Source: a virus
Strand: one strand, 5' to 3'
DNA length: 64,000 bases
Virus record (IMG/VR): IMGVR_UViG_3300028374_000002
Location: 16,343 to 80,342 of that record
Each line of letters begins with the position of its first letter. Position 1 is the stretch's first letter. The translations under genes and the position numbers were made by a program. The notes beneath the pieces were generated by a model. That model had not been told where the DNA came from. It made no database searches and saw only the letters and a list, made by a program, of their open reading frames with translations. Of this stretch, positions 21,267 through 32,198 are shown piece after piece.

Positions 21267-21967
21267 TCAATTGGAATCAGAGTTTTTTAATTCTTCAACT
21301 AAAGATTTAACATCATCGAATTCTATATATTTACCGTAAACCCATTCTGTCTTTGTACCATCTTCTTCTATATCAAAGGCTTTAAATTGTAACATATCTA
21401 ACTTTTCGATAACATCAGACACTTTTAATTTTTTATCTTTTTCCTCTTTCATTTTATTATTTTCATTATTCATAACCTCTAATTATATTATTGTTTCTAA
21501 TTATAAAACAAATATACATCAAATAAATATATTATTAAGTAAAATCATTAGATATATTTATTTTATATAATTCACCAAGTCTCATATATTTCTATAATGG
21601 TTATACTTAATTATTATTTCACCATCAACTGAAAACTCATCTAATATTGTTTCTAAATTATTATTAAGATATTTTACAGCTTCTATTATATCCTTAAATC
21701 CTAAATCTTTATAAACCTCATCATATCTTTTATCGGGTGTCTCTTGATACCATGTTTTCAATATTATTTCGTACATTATAAAGTGCTTTTTAATTTATTA
21801 ATCAAATCATCTATTTCATAAGAATCAACATATTCCCCATTATCGTTATTTTCACGTTCTGTATCAATGCCATACTCACCCTCTCGATAATTAGTTAAAT
21901 CGAATCTTTGTAACTTATTTAAAAGTATTATAACACTATGTGTACTATATTCTTTTTTATCATCCAT
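21267..21967 (-). CDS. three small hypothetical ORFs (21267-21473, 21582-21776, 21776-21967)
   Basis: 63-68 aa co-oriented ORFs typical of a phage accessory region. Confidence 0.5.
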
Positions 21968-22266
21968 TCTATTAATGTTTATTAATTAATATTTCTACCA
22001 CATTTTAAACATAGTGATCTATATCCATTTGTCTGTATTATATCATCTTCTGGGTGATCACATAATTTTAATTCAGTATGACTCTTGCTATTTTTTTCTT
22101 TAATAAATTCTTTAGTCTTATTCATTTTATTCTATTAACTAGGTTAAAATACATTTCTATGGGGTAAATATAGTTTAATTTACCTCACTATGGGTAAATT
22201 ACATTTTGATAGCATAAAATATACTGTTTATGAATTACCATATGTGCTATACAACAAGTTATTATA

Positions 22267-22605
22267 TTAATTCTTTAAATAATTAACAATCTTAATTGGA
22301 TTAATTGACTTATTCTTCGTTACAAATGTTGATAAATCACCCACTTTACGCTTAATATCATCAATTATATCACTAGAATTAGCACCATCAGGATACTTAT
22401 TACTAAACCAATCTTTATCCGATATCATTGTATTAACTCATGTTTGTAAAGTCTCAATACCATACTCATCTAATCCTAGTGACGTTAAATACTTATTCTT
22501 TGGCATTGGACTACCATGGTGGTCTCCTTTGAATTGTGAAACAAGATCATAATTTTCATTTATGAATAATGTAAAGTTTTTTATCTTGCTCTTTGGTGTT
22601 TCCAT
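22267..22605 (-). pseudogene. 112-codon reading frame interrupted by one in-frame TGA
   Basis: METPKSKIKNFTLFINE...ETLQT*VNTMISDKDWF...NYLKN; TGA at 22440-22438. Confidence 0.55.
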
Positions 22606-22707
22606 CTATCTTATTATTTTACCTTTATATATAAAATAATAAAAATACATAACCCAATACTATTTAATTATATCCCAACTTTATGTATAGCAAGACTAGG
22701 TAATAAT

Positions 22708-24987
22708 TTATCTATTTATCTTCCATTTATCTAATTCTTCATGGGTACACATTTTATTAGTAAGTCTGCAATGTTCCGAAAATCCTAATACCTCATCAGT
22801 AGTAAACAAATCTTTATTAGATGAAACGTTTAAATTAATTACTTCTTCTAGACAAACTATATATTTTGAAGTTCGTATTGGTATATTAGGTTTGTCCTTA
22901 TCTGAATACGTTTTCCATTCACTTAAACTTTTCCCTCTCTTTTTGCTCATGTCTATTAACTGTTTTTACTTATGTCTATTAACTGTAGTCCAAAAAGTGC
23001 TATTACACTTTGTACAATGCTTGGTATGTTCTATACAATGTCGCCCTTTACAATTAGGACAAGTTGGTACATTTTTTTCACTTTTAAAGTCATGTATATT
23101 TAAGGCATTTCTAACTATCTGTCTCATTTCATTAGGTCCTTCTTTGTGATCTGGTAACCCATACTCATAGGAGTCATATATTAAAGCATACTTATCCAAG
23201 TCAGAAACTATTTTATCCAATACATTTGGGGATATGCGACTTATGATATCGCCTATATGCAATTCTTCACCATTTTCATTAAATATTTTCATATGTATAT
23301 TTTATAAATAAATTAAAGCGTTTCTCTGTAATCACTTATCAAATCACTTGAATACCAAGTGCTTACTAAAAGACAATCACCACTTTTTATAAGCGAGTAT
23401 TTATCTTCATTATTTTTAGCAAATTCTATAAACCCATCATACCTAAATAACTTCCTATCATTTCTCTTTGATGATAGTTCAGAATATCTTTTTGATATTT
23501 TTTCTATTGAATGTAACATATTCGTATTTTAGTATTTATAACAACAAACATAAATCATGCCTTTATATCTCTTTTTAAATCTAAGTACTCATTCACAAAA
23601 TATAAAGTCTAAAGTCTTTGTTTTTGGTGTTGATTTACTCCCCACACGAACATATTCACATATTAAAATAATTTCTTATAAATAAAACTTCATAATTCTA
23701 GTATTTATATTTAATTAGTGAAAATATTATTTGCTATTGGGTTTTAGTAAAATTTGTATAATCTACTCAATATATATTGTATAAATGATAGTTCTAATTT
23801 ATTTCCAATAGTCTCATATCTACTTGTTTTAGTTATGCTCTATAAATTTTTTCGCTAATTTATTGAGTCCAGTATCATCTTCATTTATTTCAAACTCACC
23901 TCTAATAAAGTCATAGTTTCTAAGCATATGACCACAATAACTTTCTGAGTTAGCTAGTTCATTAAGCCAAGTCATATAATCTAAGGGCTTGTCATTATCT
24001 TCTATATGTTCTGTTCTTAATAAAATTATTTCCATAGACCCATGTCCACTTAGTAACTTTTTTGTTAAAGCGAAATCCTTTATAGTTCCTTTAAACTCTT
24101 TCTTAGTTCCCCATCCAAATTCGGGAAGTTTTTGAAATAGACTAATTAAGTTTTCCATACCTATTTTTTGTTATGTATAATAACAAATGTTATTAATATT
24201 TCTTTATACATCAAAAGTAATCATTATCTATAAGACATACAAGCTTATGTCTAACTATTTATGATATTGATTCAAAAAGGGCTACATCTAAACTAACCGA
24301 TATTCCTTTTGGGTCAAGCCGAAGCCCCCTCGGTAGGAACAGATAACAGGCTTTAGACACCTTCAGTTTTAAAATCTTATCTGTTGTTTGTACACCCACT
24401 AAGTATATGCATTTAATCCCTTTTTAAATCAATAATAATTTTTTATAATCATAAGGTTGTGTCTAAAGAGTCCCACTTTTTCCTAGATAGTTCTCGATGC
24501 CTTTTATCATCAATTTTTTTATCTACGCTATACCCCCAGGTGAGTACATATTCTAAAGAAACTAGTTCTTGCCATTCTTTATCAGTCAAGCAACCTTGTG
24601 GGTAGTCGAAGTGTTGACTGGTAATATGTGTGTGTAAAAAGCGTTTTATTACCAATTTAAATCTATTGGGGGTTTTATTTAGTCTATTCATTATTCAAAT
24701 TTATAATCCTAACACTTTTCACCACCTTTACCATCAAGACTTTTAAGTAAATGATTTGATCCAGCTAAGTCAGTTAGTATTCTTAATTCTTCAAAACTCA
24801 AGGTGTTCCTTGCTACTAGTTGACCATCTTTGTGTCTTTCAAGCTGAATTCCTAATGCAGAAGTCTCTGGTACTATCCTATAGGTTTCATTAGTTTCTGT
24901 ATTGTGTATATTAGTAATTCCATCAATGTCAGTATAGATATGACACCATTTGTTGGCATTTGGTAATTTTTCTCTTGTCTTATTCAT
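22708..24987 (-). CDS. run of small hypothetical ORFs (22708-22950, 22966-23292, 23313-23519, 23829-24158, 24449-24691, 24709-24987)
   Basis: co-oriented 68-109 aa ORFs; 22966-23292 has CPNC...CTKC zinc ribbon. Confidence 0.55.
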
Positions 24988-24997
24988 TTCTTCTTAT

Positions 24998-25537
24998 TTA
25001 TAATTTATAATTTTTGAAAATATATCTATGAAACTCATCATAATCCATTGATGGTGCAATTTCTCTTATTGGATTAATCTTTATTTCTAAATTTATATTA
25101 AGTTCCTTATTCAATATTTTAGCAGCCGAATACCTATGATGACCATCTTCGATATAAAACCCCTTCTTGTGCTTATCATCTTGCCAGTAAGAGACATCTA
25201 TTGGCTCTGATAAATCTATTGTCATTGCCCACTTCTTTTTTGATAAAACACTTTTAGATATTTCATATCTTACATTTTCTATATCATCATCCCATCTAAT
25301 TTTTAAGTATTTTGGTTCTAATGTTTTGATATCACCTTCTGAGAACCCATGTGCTAACCTATCTAGTGTTTCGATTGAAATACCACCACCCCTTAATAGT
25401 TCTTCATCGGTATCATACTTTGCTAGTTCTTTTTTTAAAGAATCTATAAACTCAGTTTTTAAATAAACTTTATTGCTTTCTATTTGCTCATTAATATATT
25501 CACTTATAGTAGTTGATATAAATTTCCGTGATTTCAT
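24998..25537 (-). CDS. ParB/Srx-like domain protein
   Basis: PIDV...FYIEDGHHRYSAA. Confidence 0.65.
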   Translation of the reverse strand: MKSRKFISTTISEYINEQIESNKVYLKTEFIDSLKKELAKYDTDEELLRGGGISIETLDRLAHGFSEGDIKTLEPKYLKIRWDDDIENVRYEISKSVLSKKKWAMTIDLSEPIDVSYWQDDKHKKGFYIEDGHHRYSAAKILNKELNINLEIKINPIREIAPSMDYDEFHRYIFKNYKL

Positions 25538-25718
25538 AGTATTCTATAATTTATTCTATATATAAATATTAAATGAACAAAACCCTATGTATTAATGTCT
25601 TTGTGTAATTTGTCAATACTTTTTTCTAATTATAAATGTTTATATATTAGCATTCTTATTAGACTCCCTTTCGGTAAATCATCATAAAGTTTAGATAACT
25701 CTCCCTTATCCATATAAT

Positions 25719-25973
25719 TTAATGTTTTTCTAACATTTCCTTACAAGCCAAATCTTCACACCATTGTGAACATGGATTGTTATATACAAGTGCATCAGAT
25801 GAAACACAGTAAAAAGAATCAATACTATCGAGTAATATTGATTCTTTATTTAGTTTTTCAATTGAAGCATCTAGCATAAATTGTAATGTTTCGCTAGGAA
25901 CTGACATATTCTTCTCTCTTAGAAAAACATACGCTTCTCTAATCTCTTTTTCTAATTGTTTTTTAGCACTCAT
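25719..25973 (-). CDS. hypothetical protein
   Basis: 84-aa ORF with Cys-rich C-terminus. Confidence 0.5.
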   Translation of the reverse strand: MSAKKQLEKEIREAYVFLREKNMSVPSETLQFMLDASIEKLNKESILLDSIDSFYCVSSDALVYNNPCSQWCEDLACKEMLEKH

Positions 25974-25999
25974 ATCTTTTATAATTAGGATTAAATTTA

Positions 26000-26239
26000 C
26001 TATTCTATAATTAACTTGTGTGTAATAGTTTGTTTATTTTTTATCAAAAAATAACCACCAATTGCCAAACCACCAATAAGACCTAACCAAATTTGTCCAT
26101 CAATAGGAGCTGGAACATCTTTTACAGTACCATCACCAGGCAGCATAGGAGGATTTCCTCCTGCACCAGGTTGGGCTATAAGAGATCCTACTGAAAAAAG
26201 TGAGAGGATAAGAATAAAAAGTATTTTTTTAGTTTTCAT
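26000..26239 (-). CDS. small secreted protein with PID-CTERM-like membrane anchor
   Basis: signal peptide ending SLIA|Q, Pro/Gly linker, PAPIDG + hydrophobic helix + KNK. Confidence 0.7.
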   Translation of the reverse strand: MKTKKILFILILSLFSVGSLIAQPGAGGNPPMLPGDGTVKDVPAPIDGQIWLGLIGGLAIGGYFLIKNKQTITHKLIIE

Positions 26240-26270
26240 AATTTTGTTTTTATTTATATAATTAAAAATA

Positions 26271-29200
26271 TTATTCTACAATTAATTTGTGTGTAGTCGT
26301 CTGAGTTTGATAGGTCAGTCTAATTAGATAAACACCAGTGTTCAGACTGCTTGTATTTAGTTTTAATTCTGATGTAGATATACGTTCATTTTGAATCTCT
26401 ATATTTTGACCTATGACATTAAAAACTGAAACCTTTAATTCGTTGTTGAAATATGGATTATGCGTAATATATACAAATCCCGAATTTGAAGGGTTTGGAT
26501 AAAGTTGTGTACTTGCTATCCTCTCGTCTTGGGATGTACATAAAGTGCTATCTTGTTCAAACATAATTTTAAATCTATCTGAATTTACAGAACCTGGTAT
26601 TGAAGAGTCAATATCAAAAGCAATATCGTTTTCACCTTCATTCAATTGATGATCCTCTTCAGTGTAAGTATCTCTTAAGAATACATCATAATCTGGCATG
26701 TTTTCAACTTCAATATTCATGATATAATCTACATCTCTGTAATTGTCAATCCAAAAGCTAAATACATCATCGTCTTTAGGAAAAGGTCTTTTTTCGATAG
26801 CTAAATAATTTCCATCAGATTGAATTCCGATAGTTTCATCATCATTCCAGAATTTTAAAGCATCATCAGGACCAGCTTCTTCATTGTAAGTAGCATCAAA
26901 TTTAAATCTTACACCATCCATCAATTCATTATTAGAGATACTGAAGATATTTAAATCTATTTTTGAGGTAGGAACGTCTCTGAAAACTTCATTAGTTGAA
27001 GTACTGTCTGTTTTAAATTCTTCTTTAAAAGTCAATGAAGGGGCTTCATTTTCTGGAACGACACTATTAGTCTGAACAAATACAGATTGATTGACTTGTA
27101 AATAGCGAAATTTTTCTGGACTTATATTAGGAATATTAGGGACGTATTCTATAGGTTCAGAACTTAAATCAACTGTAACATAACCACCTCTATCACCAAT
27201 ATTTGGTTTATAAGCATAGTAAAACCTTTTGCCCAAATGTGTTGAACTATTTTTTAGAGTTGCTTTCATATCAACTTCAGCTTGGTATGGATTACCAATT
27301 AAAGAAAAACCTTCTGGATTAGGATTTAAATCATCATTTATGTTTACATCACCAGTCAAAATAGTCCCCAAAGATCTCAATCTTGTATCATCGCCTTTAG
27401 CTAAATTATTTAAATACATATTTGTGCCTCTATCACCCCTAATCAAAATTCCGTAGGCTTTACCAGCTTCTAAAGTGTTTGTGTTTGTATTGGAAATTGT
27501 TGACCAAATCCCATTTTGTGAATTCCAAGAAAATAGAGATGGATTTCCAGTGCGTGTGGCATCAAGTCCATTAGCACCAGTTGTACTGCCTGTAATGTGT
27601 GTGCCATAACCAGGATTTGGGTCTTTATTTTCTTCGTAATCATTAACTGTATTGTTAACCCCTTCTTGCCAGTTTTCATTTATGGAAGTTGTGGTATTTA
27701 CAGAAGTGGTCATAAATCTAAAAGCTCTATTTCCCATAGGAATGTAACGTTCAATCATAACCTCACCAACTATAGTATTATCATTTTCAATTTCACTAAT
27801 AATAGCTGTGTGAGTAGCATTAGATTTAAAAGTTACTAGGTTATTATCTGGAATAGCATGGTCATAATTTGTGATTAAATCACCAGTTATTAAATTTAAA
27901 CTACCTAACACATTTACATTACCAGATACTAGATTTAAGCTGTGACCGTTATCGATAGTCAAGCTGTATACTGAAGTAGTACTATCTGTAGAAAAATTCT
28001 GAATTCCAGCTCCTTTAAATGCCAAAGTTGAGTTTCCTGGATTATAGGTACCATTATTTTCAAAATCACCATAAATATCAATTTGAGATTCATTGGTTTG
28101 TGAGACACTAGCACCATTAGCGATCAACAAATTTTTAATTTCTACATTCTCTGAAAAAATGGGATCATTTGGTGTGATATTAATCACAATATCACTATTT
28201 CTATCAGGGAAGCCATTACTCCAATTGTTTATATTTTCAGCATCAGTAGAAACTACACCAATCCAAACGGTTGGCTCTGGTGTACAATCTTCTATACCAA
28301 CTGTTCCGTTAAACACCCAATTTCTGTCTGGGGGAATTTCTGAGAAACTAGGGATTGTAATTGCACTTTCATTGTTGGCAGTAATTCTACCTCCCCATCC
28401 AGCAACTTCTCCATTTAGGATAATTTTATTACAACCTGAGCTGGATTCTATAAGGCCAGCATGACTTGTTAAGTTATTAAAAATGATTTCTTCACCGAAT
28501 TGAATTGTGCCCGTAGAATTGATTACAGTACTTCCAATAATTTCAAAACCAGCATTAGCTGCAATTTTACCACTCCACACTTTTAAATCACAATTGACAA
28601 TAAAACTGTTTTCGACAATAAGTTCGGCATTGTTAGAATTGCTTTCTAGATCTCCTAAAATGGTTAAATCACCAGAAATATTAGCGTATGAATCATTTCT
28701 GAATTTTTGAGAGAAATTTATCGTTCCAGAAGAATTGATAGAACCATTACTGTTGGCAAGATTGTCTTCAAAAGTTGTAGAACCTTCATTATTTAAAGTA
28801 AATCCATTGCCCATTTGTTCATACGAACCAGAATTAACATTAAGGACACTACCAGTATAAACGTTGATAAGACCACTGTCAAAGTTGGTACCGCCACCAA
28901 CTAAATTTGTTGATGCCCCATCATAGGAATTTAAAGTACCATTTTGTAATTTTACTACAGTAGTAAGTGTACCGTAATTATTTATTACAGAATTATTTTT
29001 AATTAAAATCGTAGATTGAGTTCCATGATTAAAATTTCCGTAATTATTAAGTGTTAAATTATTTCCGCTATTTGGCCAGTTAAGACCTTGTGAGTTAAAT
29101 GTTACGCCTTCACCAATACATAATGTTCCATTGTTTCCAATATCTTTCCAATTAGCATTGTACGTAAAGTTACCACTTAAACATATTGTTTTATTATTCA

Positions 29201-29414
29201 AATTACCAGTAGGCCAATCATCATCAGAATCATCAATGACATAATCACAATCGCAATCCAAATTTATATCTTGAGAATTTGATTTAATATTAATTAAAAC
29301 ATCACTATTTCTATCAGATTTATTGTTGACTAATTGTTGGTCTTGTGCCATTGAGACAATGGATGTCATCAAACCAATTATCAAATAAATCATTACTTTT
29401 CTAAATTTATTCAT
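26271..29414 (-). CDS. large secreted Asn/Gly-rich protein with type IX secretion (T9SS type A) C-terminal sorting domain
   Basis: signal peptide ending SMA|Q; LIGNPY motif; C-terminal LYPNPS...VSVFNVIGQ...LNTGVYLIRL...THKLIVE. Confidence 0.9.
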   Translation of the reverse strand: MNKFRKVMIYLIIGLMTSIVSMAQDQQLVNNKSDRNSDVLINIKSNSQDINLDCDCDYVIDDSDDDWPTGNLNNKTICLSGNFTYNANWKDIGNNGTLCIGEGVTFNSQGLNWPNSGNNLTLNNYGNFNHGTQSTILIKNNSVINNYGTLTTVVKLQNGTLNSYDGASTNLVGGGTNFDSGLINVYTGSVLNVNSGSYEQMGNGFTLNNEGSTTFEDNLANSNGSINSSGTINFSQKFRNDSYANISGDLTILGDLESNSNNAELIVENSFIVNCDLKVWSGKIAANAGFEIIGSTVINSTGTIQFGEEIIFNNLTSHAGLIESSSGCNKIILNGEVAGWGGRITANNESAITIPSFSEIPPDRNWVFNGTVGIEDCTPEPTVWIGVVSTDAENINNWSNGFPDRNSDIVINITPNDPIFSENVEIKNLLIANGASVSQTNESQIDIYGDFENNGTYNPGNSTLAFKGAGIQNFSTDSTTSVYSLTIDNGHSLNLVSGNVNVLGSLNLITGDLITNYDHAIPDNNLVTFKSNATHTAIISEIENDNTIVGEVMIERYIPMGNRAFRFMTTSVNTTTSINENWQEGVNNTVNDYEENKDPNPGYGTHITGSTTGANGLDATRTGNPSLFSWNSQNGIWSTISNTNTNTLEAGKAYGILIRGDRGTNMYLNNLAKGDDTRLRSLGTILTGDVNINDDLNPNPEGFSLIGNPYQAEVDMKATLKNSSTHLGKRFYYAYKPNIGDRGGYVTVDLSSEPIEYVPNIPNISPEKFRYLQVNQSVFVQTNSVVPENEAPSLTFKEEFKTDSTSTNEVFRDVPTSKIDLNIFSISNNELMDGVRFKFDATYNEEAGPDDALKFWNDDETIGIQSDGNYLAIEKRPFPKDDDVFSFWIDNYRDVDYIMNIEVENMPDYDVFLRDTYTEEDHQLNEGENDIAFDIDSSIPGSVNSDRFKIMFEQDSTLCTSQDERIASTQLYPNPSNSGFVYITHNPYFNNELKVSVFNVIGQNIEIQNERISTSELKLNTSSLNTGVYLIRLTYQTQTTTHKLIVE

Positions 29415-29477
29415 TTTTTTTAATTATTTTTATTTCCCGCACTATCAAATACCCTAGTGTATTAGTGTTCTATGTAA

Positions 29478-30085
29478 CTATATTGGTAGGTATACCCCTA
29501 CTTTAAAATTAATATCAAAATCTGTCTTATTTATTGTTAGATAAAATTCTTTTGCTTTACCTAGCGTTGTTTTTTCTTTTTTACACCAAAGGACTATAAT
29601 AAAATCATCAACAATCCCTCTTACTTCGCAATATGAAATATTATTTATATTGTTTTCATTGTAATACTTTTTAAACTTCAATCCTTTCTTAAGCTTCATA
29701 ATTCAAATATTATTAATACTAACCAAGTAATTGTACACGATAAGTTCTGCCCTTATCATCTTCCCAAACACTTCTACAATTAATCATGTTTATTTCATCA
29801 CCGTGTACATTTCGAACATGTCTTAGGTTCAGGCTTTTTGCCTTCTCTATAGTTATAACACAAAATGTTCTTAGATACAAATTAAACATATTGGCTTAAT
29901 GTATCAATAGCGTTTTCAATTTCCCTTTTACCACTCTCAAGTCCATCAGTTGCTTCATCAAAACTCTCTAATAATTCACTAAGCTCACTAAATAAATCAC
30001 GAAGCTTATCTCTTTCTTTTGAAATTACAATCTTTGATTCTTCAATACCTGATAATACCTTGTCTAATTCTTCTTTAGTTACCAT
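29478..30085 (-). CDS. two small hypothetical ORFs (29478-29699, 29882-30085)
   Basis: 73 and 67 aa; second is coiled-coil-like. Confidence 0.5.
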
Positions 30086-30146
30086 ATCTAGTTAATACTT
30101 TATTTTGCCTACTCTATTAAGTTTTCGGCTTCTCTTATTTAGAGTA

Positions 30147-30154
30147 CAAATATA
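30147..30154 (-). promoter_or_regulatory. Bacteroidota-type -7 promoter element TATATTTG
   Basis: intergenic, upstream of minus-strand gene run. Confidence 0.55.
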
Positions 30155-30236
30155 GCAATGTTTTTTGGATTACAGAAAGATTACTATATTTTTTATATTC
30201 ATTTCTGTGTAATTAGATTCATTTGAAGCATTTGTT

Positions 30237-31457
30237 TTACCATATGTTTTTAAATCCTCTTTTCATTAACCATTCCCTTGCTAATTCTAACCTCTTAGTC
30301 TCATTTATTATAGAACTTACAACTAAGTTATAAGTCTCTCTAGATTCTAAGTATCTCTTATACTTATCATAAGACTCAAAATTATCTTCGATATCTTCTA
30401 AAGACATATCTTTAGCTAAAGAATAGTTTTTCATAGATAATATAAATGGTGCATCTTTATTACCTTTGAGGTGATTTACTGCATATTCTTTCAATGATAA
30501 GCCCTTATACTTATTATATTCATTTTCTAAATATTCAACTCTGTCTTTTGTATAGGATTTTACAACGGAAACCAATCTATCTATTCTATCGATAGATTCT
30601 ATATCTTCCTCTGGTATCTCTGAGATAAGATCATCTATATCATCATTTAAAATATGTTTTATAAGGATATTTTCTCTGTATAAATCATCTGTTAAAAGTC
30701 CGTGTAAATTTCTATACCATTCAGTTTTAACTTTCAATACTATACCTTCCATTTCAACAACCCATCCTTCTTTATTCTCAACAGTCTTGGCTAATTCAAT
30801 AATATCATCTAATGTATAACATTCAAATTCAGCTTTCTTTATATTAACCCCACTTATATCGATATACTCACCAGTCAAGTTGTTACGTAATTTTAGTAGA
30901 ATAAGTTCTTCTTTCATATATCTTAAAACTATTCTATTAGAAGGTGCTACATATTCAAATATAGGAACAATGTCATTGTCTAAACAATCATTTACAAAGT
31001 TTTTTATTTCCTCATTATCATTATAAACTCTATTAATCCCATCGGCTTGTGAATTATCAAATCCTATCTTAGATTTGCCAACTATCTTGCCATTTGGTAG
31101 CTTTATAAAGGTGGCTAATGAACCATCTTCTTTATTATTGACATTTATAACATTATAATCTTTAACAACATCATATAGAGTCTCTGGAACTTGGTTCAAG
31201 TTGAAAAACTTCTTTAGTAGCAAGTATCTTTTAAATAAACTACCATCTTCATTAAATACAAATGTTAATCCTCTTAACTCATAGGCACTTATATCTGAAT
31301 CTTCTCCAAAAGGTTTGGCGAAGTCTGACCATTGTGCTAGTCTATAGTTAAATACAGAAATATTAAAACCTTCAACATTTACTTTAGTTTCATAAAATGC
31401 GGAATCTACTAGATTACACAAATCAACACATTGTTTATAAGTTATTAATTCTGACAT
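30237..31457 (-). CDS. T4 Rnl1-like RNA ligase
   Basis: ELRGL, KFFN, motif I KEDGS, FEY, EGWVV, KVKTEWY; start at MSELIT because TATATTTG lies at 31486-31479. Confidence 0.88.
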   Translation of the reverse strand: MSELITYKQCVDLCNLVDSAFYETKVNVEGFNISVFNYRLAQWSDFAKPFGEDSDISAYELRGLTFVFNEDGSLFKRYLLLKKFFNLNQVPETLYDVVKDYNVINVNNKEDGSLATFIKLPNGKIVGKSKIGFDNSQADGINRVYNDNEEIKNFVNDCLDNDIVPIFEYVAPSNRIVLRYMKEELILLKLRNNLTGEYIDISGVNIKKAEFECYTLDDIIELAKTVENKEGWVVEMEGIVLKVKTEWYRNLHGLLTDDLYRENILIKHILNDDIDDLISEIPEEDIESIDRIDRLVSVVKSYTKDRVEYLENEYNKYKGLSLKEYAVNHLKGNKDAPFILSMKNYSLAKDMSLEDIEDNFESYDKYKRYLESRETYNLVVSSIINETKRLELAREWLMKRGFKNIW

Positions 31458-31525
31458 CTTTTTATTTTTAGTTGAAAACAAATATACAACTTTTTTATAT
31501 ATAAATTAAATAAAATATACTTATT

Positions 31526-32143
31526 ATGAAATTATACGAATTACTAAAAGAATATGGCATACCAGCTAAAGAAGCCAAGCAGAGGTTGGCTAATAAACAA
31601 GTTAAAATAAATGGTGAAATAACTGGCGGGGAGTTTAGACTAGGTAATGTGACTGATGTTTATGACCAAGGATTTTTCTTAGAGGAATTATACTCTAAGA
31701 CAGATTACTCTAAATATTCTAAACAAATAATATTCTTTGGTTTAGAGAATTTATTTGGTAGTAACATAGAAAATGAGGTGGTTGACTTTTTAGCAGACTA
31801 TAAAATGATAGAAATAGCAAAAGAAAATGTTATATTTCTAAAAATAGACAAGGGAATTCAAAAAACAAGGCTTAACGTAACATACCATATAGAATCAGAA
31901 TCTAATTTTGATAGAGAGTATGAAATGCCAAAAGAAATAGATGAGTCTGATATACTTAATAAGTTAAAGTCTGATCTAGAAAAGGTAGAAACACAATTAT
32001 CAAATAAAGGATTTGTGGACAATGCACCATCTTTTAAGGTTGAAGCGGCTAGAAAAAGACTAGAGAACATAAAATCAAAAATTGACGAAATAACTAAAAA
32101 TGAGAAAGTATATTCATTTGAAAGATTTAACAAGCTAAAATAA
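31526..32143 (+). CDS. protein with N-terminal S4-like motif and C-terminal ValRS-like coiled-coil arm
   Basis: EAKQRLANKQVKINGE; LEKVETQLSNKGFVDNAPSFKVEAARKRL. Confidence 0.65.
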   Translation: MKLYELLKEYGIPAKEAKQRLANKQVKINGEITGGEFRLGNVTDVYDQGFFLEELYSKTDYSKYSKQIIFFGLENLFGSNIENEVVDFLADYKMIEIAKENVIFLKIDKGIQKTRLNVTYHIESESNFDREYEMPKEIDESDILNKLKSDLEKVETQLSNKGFVDNAPSFKVEAARKRLENIKSKIDEITKNEKVYSFERFNKLK

Positions 32144-32171
32144 GAAAACCCACCTATAATAAGTGGGTTCT
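32144..32171. terminator. probable intrinsic terminator
   Basis: AACCCAC-loop-GTGGGTT between convergent genes. Confidence 0.6.
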
Positions 32172-32198
32172 CCATCGAGTAATTAAAACCATTAAAAA

